The notes beneath the pieces were generated by a model. That model was given only the letters and a program-made list of their open reading frames with translations, ran no database searches and was not told the origin of the DNA. The position numbers and the translations under genes were made by a program. This document shows, piece after piece, positions 1 through 10,808 of a stretch of 64,000 nucleotides of DNA (position 1 is the first letter of the stretch; the number at the start of each line of letters is the position of its first letter). Origin of the DNA: Eremomyces bilateralis CBS 781.70 (Eukaryota); NCBI GenBank assembly GCA_010015585.1, contig ML975154.1; one strand, given 5' to 3'.

Positions 1-1049
1 CTCGGAAGTGATCAAGCCTAGGCATCATGGCGCCAAGGTTCAATCTGGGGGAATCCTGGTGGAATCCCGGACAAGCTGTCGATTATCAATATGGCAAACT
101 TGCCGAAGAGCTCGAGAACAATTCAACCAGTTCAAACAATTCATACTTCGTGAAACAAACCCAGTCGAGGCCATGGGCATGGGTTTCCTTGACGTTCCCT
201 AAAATTAAGTGACGACTTGACTTCGGCTGTAATCGACTCCTCTGACACTAGAGGGGAAAGTCAACTTCGTAACAGAAACTTGCAAGAAATACGTAATAAG
301 CGGGGAATGGCATTCATCTCAAGTGCCAGCAGGATGATCTGAGGTACTGACTTCTGAACAACCGAAAGCTTCATCAACGAGACTGAATAGGTATGTACGT
401 GTGCAGAAATGGATGGCGATGAACTATAACCAAAGTTCGATTTCGTTAAGCGTCTGCCACCAAATCCTAAGGCGGGGTTAAGGAGAGAATGACAGTGGTT
501 TGGTCGAGACAAATTCCAAAAGTACAATCGTCAATCATTAATCAACCTAGCCGCTAAATATAACGATCAGCCATCGCCCATCAGGTAAGTTTAAAGTGGG
601 TTCACACTTACGATACTTAGTCCCTACTATGGATCTCTCCCGTTGATTATCATCCGACATCAGACAGAAAGAGGGGAAGGTCTGGCAGCTCGTGAAGAAT
701 CAAGAAACCATGCTACGTACTGGTGTTGTTCGTGGTGCGACTTGCCGATTTCCACTGTCGTGTGTGGTAATTATCGTCAAACGCTTCGGCCGTATCTGGA
801 GTCCTGGGCAGTGGACATGGTCCAGAAGAACGGTAGGTCATAGCATTGCCCTCTAAATGACATACGATGATAGACTGTAGTCTGTACGTCTTTAGCTCTT
901 TGCTATGCCGCGGTCATTGCGACTGCGGACAGCGATTGGCTATTGCCAGCGATGCCATCCACCATTGCGGATGCAATTCCGGCTCCAACTTCGCCGTGGA
1001 TGAAAAGAAGTTAAGTCAAGCCATCGTGCAGGACACTAATATTAACTAG
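1..1049 (+). pseudogene. Possible decayed gene remnant (unassigned)
   Basis: Protein-like fragments in + frames (e.g. LSIWQTCRRAREQFNQFKQF; KRLPPNPKAGLRRE*QWFGRDKFQKYNRQSLINLAAKYND) broken by several in-frame stops. No intact gene model or family recognised. Confidence 0.2.
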
Positions 1050-1594
1050 TAGAATGCAGTAGCTGCTGTGGCGTTTCTGGTTCAACTTTTCAACTCTCAA
1101 ATACATTGAGCCAACCAGCAAAGAATTCAGATACACCATAATGAAATAACTGACTTGAGTTCATGAGGACAACGGCAACCCCCGACAATTGTTCTCCTGC
1201 TCTAAACGCAATGAAATTAACTGAATACATATATGGATGGACAATGAACTCCAGGTGAATATGAGATGTGAAAAAGGAGTGACACGTGATAGCGTGCATT
1301 AGCGCGTTTTCTTCAACAAAGGGAATGGTCTGCCACCGCGTCCATAATGGCAATTGGCAATACGTCGCCTCAGGCCGAATTATTTGTCGCTTTTGATCCA
1401 TCTACGACATCTACAATTCTACGCTCATGCTATTAATGGTCAAGAGATATCATGTTTCAGTTCTTTTAAGTTCTTGCGATTTTATTTTTCTCAGCGTCAC
1501 TGGATAGCCTTATCTTCAATGCTGATGAAGCACTTGGCTTGTCCAACTTTGGCAATGGGGTGAAAACAGGAGAGGCGTAATTATTCGTTCAAAC

Positions 1595-1630
1595 TCCCCT
1601 ACCATTCTGTTCAACATCCCCTACCATTCT
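1595..1630. repeat. 14-bp direct repeat TCCCCTACCATTCT x2 upstream of the ligase gene
   Basis: Copies at 1595-1608 and 1617-1630, read directly. Confidence 0.7.
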
Positions 1631-1899
1631 CTAGCTATTCAATATTCCATAATAATACCTACCGCGCACTCAGCTGGAATGTCTTCTATCGGCTCCACCT
1701 TCCCGACTCCCAAAGTGAAAGGATTTCCTTCTGTTCCGTTCCTTCTTCCGTCAATCTTTCCCAACATATCTACTATTCTATTGCAGCTAATATTTTATAC
1801 AACGCGTCTTTCAACCCATATTCAGCCTAGACAGAACACCAAGAGCATATAATCCGACAGCTACAGTCCGAATCACAGCTTGGTTCTATCAAAACGAAC

Positions 1900-4566
1900 A
1901 TGGCACTCAAATTCTCTGCATTTTGCAACCTTCTCCACGAACTGGAGAGGACGGTCACCAAAGATCCCCCTCTACTTCCTGCACGACGCGATGAAATCCT
2001 TCACGAGAGAACTTCTATGTGGTTCCGGCAGAACCGTCAAGCAATCGATTTGACCGATGGTGTCGCCATCCTCTCTACCTTCCTTCCAGAACAGCGGACG
2101 GACCGAGTTTACCAGCTGCAAGCGCGATCGTTGTCCAAGATCATTGGGCGCTGTTATCAAATGCCGAGTGCGCGTTTCGACAAGCTACGAAAGTACGAGA
2201 TCCCCGGCCATGGGGATTTGGCAGAATGCCTCGAACGAGATCAGAGGCTGTATGATGCTGAACCTCGAGTTCAACTGAATGGAAATGCTGGTGACGTTAC
2301 GGTAGAAGAGGTGGATCGCTGCATGCAGCAGCTGGCAGGACGGAGCAGGTTTTCGAATCCTGATGTTCGCCGATCTGCACGACAGGATCTAGGCGGTGTC
2401 CCTATCGTGGAGCTTCTGAGGCCGCTGTATTGGCGTCTGCGCTCCAGGGAAGCGAAGTGGTTGACAAGACTTATCTTGAAAAATTTCAGTCCCGTTGTCT
2501 TCAATCCTCCGCTTGTGTTGTCCTGCTATCATTTTCTACTCCCCTCCCTCTTAAAATTTCAGAATGACTTTGCAGCAGCTGTGAAGTTGCTGAAGGGTCA
2601 ATTCTCCCCACTCCCCTCGAGCACGGACGTCGATTCAGCTGCTGGCTTTAGATACATGGCATCCGAAAACTTGCAACCTCAGATCAACGTCAAAGTTGGG
2701 AGGCCAACGCACCACAAAGCTTGGAGCTTGAATAACTGCCTAAAGCTGTGCGGGAGAAGGAAGTGGATTGTTGAAAGGAAATATGATGGTGAATTTGCCG
2801 AGATTCACATTGATCTCACGGCGAATCCGGATCCTGTAGGAACCGATTGTATCAGAATCTTCTCGAAATCTGGAAAAGATTCGACGAGAGATCGAGCCAA
2901 TGTCCACGACACGATCAAAAGGAGTCTGAAGCTAGGAACGCCTCAATGTCTCATCAAGCGCAAGGCAATCTTGTTGGCAGAGATGGTGGTTTGGAGCGAC
3001 CGTGACAACAAAGTGCTTCCTTTTGATCATATCCGTCGCCATGTCTCTCGGTCCGGATCGTATTACGGCAAATCGTTGGATGGCTTCTCTTCGGATTACA
3101 GCAGCGAGAATCTTGCGTTGGTTTACTTTGACATGCTGCTCCTGGATGACGACGTCGTTATGCGCAAACATCATGGGGAAAGGCGAGAAGTTCTGGGACG
3201 GGTGGTGAAGAAGATCAGAGGGAGATCGATGACAGCGCTGTATCGCCAGATTGACTTTGGGTCTCCTGATGCATCGACAAAGCTCGCTAAACAGCTAGGG
3301 GCTGCTCTTGGTTGCGCGGCGGAGGGGCTTCTGCTGAAACCTGCCGATCAACCATATTTCACCTTCAAACATCCCTCCAAGATGAATGAACTGAGCTGTC
3401 ACGGATACATAAAGCTCAAGAAAGACTACCTTGTCTCCCTGGGAGGAGAACGAGACGTTTGTGACCTTGCCGTTGTGGGTGGATTGTATGACGCTCTAGG
3501 CGAGAAACAAATGGCGAGAGGGACCAAGGGTGTCAAATATACCAAGTTCTTCCTCGGCTGTTTGACGAACCCTGACGAGGTTCGCTTTAATGGGATTCCC
3601 GTATTCCAAGTCGTAGCGGGACTCGGCGACGCTGAGATAATTCCAAAAGCCATCTTTAAAGCACTGAACGATGATGTCCGATTCAAGGCATCCGTTGCTG
3701 GTTCTGGAAGTTCCGACATGCGAGTCATCGGCTATTCTGGGATCGAAAAGAAGGAACTTGAAGAGATGAGTCTTTTCTGGCCTCCCCCCGTGGTCGAAAT
3801 TCTAGGGAGCGGATTCGTCCGACCGCCGTCTTGCGACTTCATGATGCTTCGACATCCGCGCATGCTGAAATTCCACGCAGACCGTACCTGGGTCGATGCG
3901 CTGACCTTCTCGGGGTTGCAGAAAGATGCAACCGAGTCAAATAAAACGTCGGGGCTCGTCACTGGAATCAGTGTCGCACTGGTTTCGAGAAGCATGGGCG
4001 TTGATCAATATGATGGTGACGAGCTTTCGAATAAAGAGTGGGAAGCGGAACTCGTCCAGGTCGTGCATGAAGTGAGCCGGCGGGTCCGAGCAAATATTGA
4101 AGCGGGCACAAGCGACCTGGACGGGATCCCCCTTCGGCATAGATATGGGGCCTCAGTCTCCATGTCGATGCTCCGGTCTAGCCTTTCGTCGACACTTCAG
4201 ACATCCTCTGCAGGCAGCACTGAACTCGAGACCATGACGAACACAGGTTTTACGGCAGCTATCTCCTCCAGTGTGCCAACAAGGCCTCCACGGCTAAACA
4301 GAGAGTTGACCCGGACGCCATCAATCCGACCATCGGGCTCTGCTACCGTTACTGAATCGAACACAACTATTCTCCCTACCCCTGTCGCTGCCGACGGCGG
4401 TCTCCCAAGCACTGATAGTAGAAACACGTGCGAAAATGTTCCAGAGTCCAGGAGCCAGGAATTTTCTCGCTCGCTCAAACGACCGAGGAGGGAGATTCAG
4501 AGCAGGATACAGAAGGTATCCCCGCCTCGAATACTCGAGGATGTTACGAATGAAGCGGAGCGGTGA
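1900..4566 (+). CDS. ATP-dependent DNA ligase-family protein (LIG4-like catalytic core, no BRCT visible), 888 aa, apparently intronless
   Basis: N-terminal DNA-binding-domain-like region (EAKWLTRLILK), motif I ERKYDGEF, IFSKSGKD, LVYFDML, motif IV EGLLLK, motif V YIKLKKDY, DLAVVGG and motif VI LRHPR, then an S/T-rich tail. Confidence 0.88.
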   Translation: MALKFSAFCNLLHELERTVTKDPPLLPARRDEILHERTSMWFRQNRQAIDLTDGVAILSTFLPEQRTDRVYQLQARSLSKIIGRCYQMPSARFDKLRKYEIPGHGDLAECLERDQRLYDAEPRVQLNGNAGDVTVEEVDRCMQQLAGRSRFSNPDVRRSARQDLGGVPIVELLRPLYWRLRSREAKWLTRLILKNFSPVVFNPPLVLSCYHFLLPSLLKFQNDFAAAVKLLKGQFSPLPSSTDVDSAAGFRYMASENLQPQINVKVGRPTHHKAWSLNNCLKLCGRRKWIVERKYDGEFAEIHIDLTANPDPVGTDCIRIFSKSGKDSTRDRANVHDTIKRSLKLGTPQCLIKRKAILLAEMVVWSDRDNKVLPFDHIRRHVSRSGSYYGKSLDGFSSDYSSENLALVYFDMLLLDDDVVMRKHHGERREVLGRVVKKIRGRSMTALYRQIDFGSPDASTKLAKQLGAALGCAAEGLLLKPADQPYFTFKHPSKMNELSCHGYIKLKKDYLVSLGGERDVCDLAVVGGLYDALGEKQMARGTKGVKYTKFFLGCLTNPDEVRFNGIPVFQVVAGLGDAEIIPKAIFKALNDDVRFKASVAGSGSSDMRVIGYSGIEKKELEEMSLFWPPPVVEILGSGFVRPPSCDFMMLRHPRMLKFHADRTWVDALTFSGLQKDATESNKTSGLVTGISVALVSRSMGVDQYDGDELSNKEWEAELVQVVHEVSRRVRANIEAGTSDLDGIPLRHRYGASVSMSMLRSSLSSTLQTSSAGSTELETMTNTGFTAAISSSVPTRPPRLNRELTRTPSIRPSGSATVTESNTTILPTPVAADGGLPSTDSRNTCENVPESRSQEFSRSLKRPRREIQSRIQKVSPPRILEDVTNEAER

Positions 4567-5089
4567 AGATGGACATCGCCAGTGCTTTACCATCTCTTAT
4601 AGCGGAATACAGAGTTGGAAGTGGTTTTGCGGCAATGGGTTTGTGCGGATCGTCAGCATTCTGGGGCTATGATATTGGAAAGTTGACGCGCAGACGATTA
4701 AATGGAAAGGAGGGCTGTCAATATCATTACGGAGTTTAGAAGTTTGAGGAGACAAAAGGAGTAAAGGACAAGCAGGTCAATGCCATGACCCCACGAAACC
4801 AAGCTTCCTAATGTTTATATCATTGCTTAGTGTGTAATGAATCCTTTAACTAAATCGAGTATCCGTGATACATATAGGTTAAAGATGAAGTTTGACAATC
4901 TAGAGTTGATAGGAATATTCTCTACTACGTCCCAGCTGTCAGTCTGGACCAGCGGACAGGGGTGGGTGAACAGGGGGGCAGCTTCCACACCTCATCATGA
5001 TCTGGCAACGTCAACTAAAACTTGAAGCCACCCACTGTCATTCCAATCCCTTGCACCGCACCACCATCCAACCGAACCATCGCGGAACC

Positions 5090-5911
5090 ATGAAGAGCCT
5101 CATATCGGTCGCAGGGGCACTCTGCCTACTCACCCTCTCCCCCCTCGCCTCGGCCCTCAAATTCGAACTCCAAGCCCACCACGGCCACGAATCCGCCAAG
5201 CATGAGCGATGCATCCGTAACTTCGTCGCGAAGGAGCAGCTGGTCGTCGTCACGGCCATCGTCAGCGGATATCGGGGGGATGGGCAGACGCTCAATATGC
5301 ACGTATGTTTGAAGTGGGCGGGATGGAATGGGCGGACATGGAGACTTACGTGCTGGTAGATCAAAGATGCGGTTGGGAACGAATACGGGCGACCGCGCGA
5401 CGTGGCGGGTGAGAATCGGTATGCGTTCACGTCGCATGCGAACTCGGCGTTCGATGTATGTTTCGAGAACGTGCTGTCGGGGAATGGTACGTATCACGAA
5501 CTTCGACCCCCAAGCTTCACTAACCATCCACCGCTCCAGCGCAATACGGGATGAGCCCTTCGCGAATGGTTGAACTCGACATCGACATCGGCGCCGACGC
5601 GAAAGACTGGTCGCAAGTCCAGGCGCAGGAGAAGCTGAAGCCGCTGGAGATCGAGCTGCGGCGGATCGAGGAGACGGTGGGGGAGGTCGTCGGGGAGATG
5701 GATTACCTCCGCGAGCGCGAGCAGAAGCTGCGAGACACGAACGAAAGCACCAACGAGCGCGTGAAATGGTTCGGGATGTGCACGATCTTCGTGCTGATCG
5801 GGTTCGGAGGGTGGCAGGTTGTCTACTTGCGGTCATATTTCAGGTGGGTCTTAGAACACCGAGTGCGAAGTGTACGACTAACGGCGTCCCAGGTCAAAAC
5901 ATCTCATCTAA
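5090..5911 (+). CDS. ERV25: p24/emp24/gp25L family cargo receptor (Erv25/Tmp21 delta subfamily), 3 introns
   Basis: Signal peptide [14 protein letters not shown]..., GOLD domain (RCIRNFV; FDVCFEN), coiled coil [30 protein letters not shown] segment and C-terminal YLRSYFRSKHLI. GT-AG introns near 5303-5359, 5488-5539 and 5844-5892. Confidence 0.93.
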
Positions 5912-6377
5912 AAGTCTACGGTTGTTGTTTTTGCTTTCTAGCTTGTATATGGGGCATGATGCATACTCCGAGCGGCGTACGGATGGCAAGAATTGGATCC
6001 TGCTTAGTGGGAGGAGGTCCATGGCAGGTCGACGATGAATTCAATAGCGCTCGGAAAACTTGAATTGGGGCTGATCAGGCTCATTACTGGGGCAGATCCG
6101 CGAACTTGATTTCGAAGTAAGGTTCGATAACACGTCTTATGAAGGGGGAGTGATAAATGGTGGGTCAATCAAAAGTACCTATAGGTATATTGAAGGAAAG
6201 AGCAGCCCTGTGACAACAGTCAACACATTGATCCTCTATACAAACCGCAGTACTACATTCGTGTTTCTTCTTCTCGTCCACCACGTCCTATTATTTCCTC
6301 GGCATGTTCAACTGGCACAATTCCTGATTTCGAAGTCGATCCTATCCTATGTCCAGATACCTACATTGAGCATCGCC

Positions 6378-7287
6378 ATGTTGCCGACTCCCGGAATCGA
6401 GGCAGCCCCATTGCCGCCCCCAAGGCCTCGTCGAAACCCTTTGAATCGAGCCTTCAAGAAATTGCGCTCCGCTCTGTCATTCCCCCGCTCCGGAACCGGT
6501 TCTAGCACCGCAGGCGAAGCGGACAGTTCTGCTGCTACTGAAAGGGGACGCTCACGGTGGGTCAACGATGGACTTGGATTTGCTGAGCGGCGGCGAGAGC
6601 ACTTCACGGGTTCCGATGCTAGATCACCCGATCTAATTCGATCGTAGATATAAGAAAATCGAAACGGTCGAGTTCTACGTCGGGCCCACCCTCAAAAGAT
6701 TCACCATCCACCGCGACCTCCTCCTCCCGATCCCCTACTTCCCCCGCCCCTCCGCGACGGGCGTCGAATCCTTCGAGGAACGCTCGTTCGACTTCCCCGA
6801 TTTCGAGGAACAGTCATTCAAACTGTTCGTCCAGCGCCTGCGCAAGGGCGGCAAGTCCCTTCACCGCCCCACCGATTTCTACGGCTTGCAGGACTACCTC
6901 GGCCTGTACGTCATCGGCGACCAGTTCAATTACGAGGCACTGAAGAACGAGGCGATGGATTTCGTGCGCGCGTATTACCGCGACAAGAACATGGCCGCGC
7001 CGCCGTATCGGCTGGAATACATATACGAGGCGACCAAAACGCCGAACAAGATGCGGGAATTCTTGGTGCACACCGCAGCATACAAAATGCTCTGCGAGAA
7101 AGAGGTCCCTGCGCCGGGTATGTGCGAGGTCGTCGGGAAAGGAGGCGAACTGGCGGTCGACTTGTTGAAGGCAGTGCTGAACTTCCATCACAATGGGATG
7201 ACGGATGCGAGGAGGAATGATTTGAACTGTCAGTGGCACGAACATGTGCAGACTGTAAAGTGTCCGGGTTCGGGAATCGGGTCATAG
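6378..7287 (+). CDS. BTB/POZ-domain protein, 1 intron (6557-6647)
   Basis: After splicing: VEFYVGPTLKRFTIHRDLL...FPDFEEQSFKLFVQ...LGLYVIGDQFNYEALKNEAMD...CQWHEH, the typical fungal BTB pattern. Confidence 0.8.
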
Positions 7288-7363
7288 GTGGTCAAGGACC
7301 CTGATGGAGCGGATGGTCGCTCGGCGAAACCCTAATTGGTACTCTTGATTGAATGCAATCCTC

Positions 7364-8060
7364 CTATCGACTTGTCGATTTCGGAGTCCAACCCCCCGGT
7401 TGTTCGGTGCTCTGATTCCCTGTTTGTGATGTTGAACCGGGCTGCCGCGGTGACTGTCCTTCAACTGCTCTGGCCGGAGTCGACTCCGGACCGCCTTTCA
7501 AACCGCTGTCCTTCTGCTTGACCGTCCTCGAAGCTATTCCAGCCGGCGTGGATCGTATATCTGGGACATTGCTTTGCCCCTGCCCTTCAGGCGCGACGAG
7601 AAACGATTCCTGCGCCTCCCATCTCGCGTCCGCCGCCGCCGCCAGCTTCTTAATCTGCGCTTGCCGCACCTCGTCCAGTTGCTGTTCGTTGATCGACGGC
7701 GCATCCAGCCGCGTATGCCGTAGCCATTGGTGCCATTGCGCTGTCGACATGAGTTTCCGGATATGAAATCGCAAATGCACCGTCACGTACGTGTGATCTG
7801 AATGTCTCCAAAGTGGGCCTTCGGATTGTAATGTACGATGCGCCGCAGACGGTTCGCGTTGAGTGCGTCCTTGAATTCCCAGAAGGTGTTTCCCGAGAGA
7901 TCCGAGCCTCATTGGCGTTAGTTCCCAGAACGAAATGAAGCAGCCATGCGCCGGGTCCGCACTTACCGACGAGCCATTTGTTCCTCCACGGTAGTCTTAT
8001 GGATTTCCATTGGAACCATACGCGACTGAGGAGTCCGGGTGTGGGCGGTCGTGTCGACAT
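7364..8060 (-). CDS. NDUFA12/B17.2-family protein, most like the complex I assembly factor paralogue (NDUFAF2/N7BML type), 2 introns
   Basis: WKSIRLPWRNKWLVG|xDLSGNTFWEFKD...RRIVHY...|QWHQWLRHTRLDAPS...; C-terminal QPGGWTP. Confidence 0.85.
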
Positions 8061-8667
8061 CGGGGCGGATTATTCTGGCCAGGGAAGAACACGCAGAGGC
8101 TTCAGAAGCACATGACAATGTGATGGAGTGAGGATATATCCCAACATATGGTCAAATCCGAATCCTAACAGCGACCGAAGCTCCATGTGTAAATTTAGGA
8201 TCGCGCTATGAACTTCCCAGGGCCCGCAGGGGTCGAATGAGGATGACGCATGAAATTGTGGCTGGACACCTTTACTTGTGGCTGGGGCTTTGACACGCAC
8301 TACAGCTCAAACAACAGAATCTCGAACTTCATTCCTCCTCAAAGACAGTTACAGAGTTACACAGATAATCATACAATCTTCGTTCTGATCGAACTCCGCT
8401 CCCAATCTAGTTTGCGAATGTACCTATCTGAGCGATCTCGCTCTACGAATATCAAGATCCCAACCCTACATATAGCGTAGCTAACCAGCGCCCCTCGTCG
8501 CTCCCCGCGCTGCTTTGTCAACGCCGGCGCATATGACAGATTCAACGAATTTAAAGGCCCATCACTGAATACACAACCTTCTATAACAATATATCCCGAC
8601 ATTACAGACGCGAATCTCCGAACCACTCCCACCACCTACATAAACCGGACCAAGCCCCCAACCCAAG

Positions 8668-10808
8668 ATGGCCTCGGTGTCGTCTCTGGATCAGGACATG
8701 CGCAAGCTGCGTCTTGGCCGATACACTCCACAAGCAGCGAACGAAATCAGGTTATGGATTGAGGATACACTCGGGGAGAAGTTACCGCCCGGAGATTTGT
8801 TGGATGTCCTTAAGGATGGAACTGTACTCTGCAGGTAGGCATTCCGGTCATCTTCCCTATGGATCGCACCGCTGACTGCGATTGCTTCAAAGGCTAGCCA
8901 ATCTGGCCCTTCCCCCGCCCGGAATCAAATTCAAGAAATCGAACATGCCTTTCATGCAGATGGAAAACATTTCCCATTTCCTCAAGGCGTGCGAAATGCC
9001 CCCGCTCAATCTTCAGGCCCACGATCGTTTCCTCACAGTCGACCTATATGAGGCCAAAGATCCCGCGCAAGTCCTCCAGTGTATGGGCGCATTCAGTCGC
9101 GTGGCGCATTCCGTAAATCCGACACGATTCCGTACCACCATCGGCCCGAAGCGAACGGTCATCAGCCCCACGACAACAGGATCCGCGACAGGTTTCACAC
9201 CCATAAGTCCGGTGAAGGAAAGCAGTTCCAGGCCTGGACCTTCTCGTGAAATGAGCCCTACCATTACTGGCGGATCGAACTCTTCGAAGACGACAAATGG
9301 GGGAGCGAGGTCGCCGCCTTCGGTGAGTAGCTGGAGCAAAAGGAAGGATGAACATGTGACATCCCCGGCATGGAACATTGCACAATACGGTGCGTGTACT
9401 ACGCCTCTAATTAGTGATATGACACTAATATGATATAGGGTACATGGGCGGTGCTAGTCAAGGTAACCAGGGGATCGCATTCGGTGCTCGCCGGCAAATA
9501 ACGTCTGCGGCTCCTAATGTCCCATCGCTGGCCGAGAAGGAACGAAAACGGAAGGAGAAGGAGGCTGAGGATCAGAGGTTGCGGCAGCTTGCGGAAGAAG
9601 CGGAGAACATACGCCGGATCGAACGAGAAGCCGAGGAGGAGCGGATTCGCGTTGCAGAGGAGAGGCGATGGGAGGACGAGACTCGCCGACTGCGTGAAGA
9701 GGAGAAGAAACGGGTCGAACAGCAGAAAGTCGAGTGGGAAGAGCAGGAGAGGAGATGGAAAGCGGCCGAAGAAGCGCGACTGCGTGAAGAGAGAGAAGCC
9801 CAAGAACAGTTCGAAAAGGAGACCCAGAGGCCGCGTGCTCCAAGCGATGCCAAGCTGCGTGGTCAATACCTCAGCGACTACAAAAGGGAACAGGTTTCGC
9901 GATCGAACTCTCGAAACGATTCGAGGGAGAACACACTGTCTCCGGACAGACAGCGGGTGGTGGAACTCGAGCGACAGCTAGCGGAAGCAAAGGAGCGCGA
10001 GAGACAATATGAATTGGAACGAGAGGAGAAACTCCGACAAAAGCAGGAGAGCCCACAGCGCCAAAACCGTTCACGATCGCGGAGTCGTCCCAGACCACCC
10101 CCTCGAGCACCTTCGCCAAAGGATAGCGAGGTTTCGTGGGCCGGTGACGAACGAGAATATCTTCGACAGCAAGTCAATGACTATCGGAGTAAAGCCGCTT
10201 CCAACATTGGATCACACCGACCGCTGCCCGATCCATCAACTTCATCGCCGAAGCCTCCAGCACCCGGACGATCTCTTCCTGATCCATCAACATTATCGCC
10301 GAAGCCCCCAACACCCGCCCGGCCGCTCCCCAACCCATCTTCCGCACCAACCTCATCCCGCCCCCTCCCTGACCCCACAAGTTACCGCCCCAAACCCCCC
10401 CTTCCCATCTCCCGAACCGACCAATTCCTCTCCTCCCATCCCGCCCCCACCCGCTCCCTCCCCACCACCCACCAGCCCTCCGAAACCGCGCACCTCACTG
10501 CCGCCGAACAAGACGCCGAAACCGCCCGCCGCCACGCCGCGCAACAGAAGACGAAAGCTGGCGGCTGGGCCTCAAAGAGCCTGCTGGAGCGGGAGATGGA
10601 GCGCGAGCGCGAGCGGCAGCAGGAGTGGGAAGAGGCGCAGAAGGCGTCGCGGACGGCGAAGCGGGATTTGAGTGAGGGGACCGGGGAGGGGCAGTCGTGG
10701 GATGTGAATCAGTATGGGTATATGGGCGGCGATGGGCAGAATCGGGGGGGTAGTGGGATCGGGTTTGGGGCGAGGAGGCAGATTATTGGACCGAGGCCGA
10801 AGCCGTGA
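8668..10808 (+). CDS. Calponin-homology (transgelin/Scp1-like) actin-binding protein with extended C-terminus, 2 introns
   Basis: MASVSSLDQD...WIEDTLGE...LKDGTVLC|RLAN...FMQMENISHFL...FLTVDLYEAKDPAQVLQC (CH domain). Calponin-like repeats QYGYMGGASQG and QYGYMGGDGQN, an E/R/K-rich helix and Pro-rich repeats. Confidence 0.88.
10218..10400 (+). repeat. Imperfect ~51-nt coding tandem repeat (R[P/S]LP[D/N]P units)
   Basis: cgaccgctgcccgatccatcaacttcatcgccgaagcctccagcaccc / cgatctcttcctgatccatcaacattatcgccgaagcccccaacaccc / cggccgctccccaacccatct..., plus a fourth degenerate copy. Confidence 0.75.
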
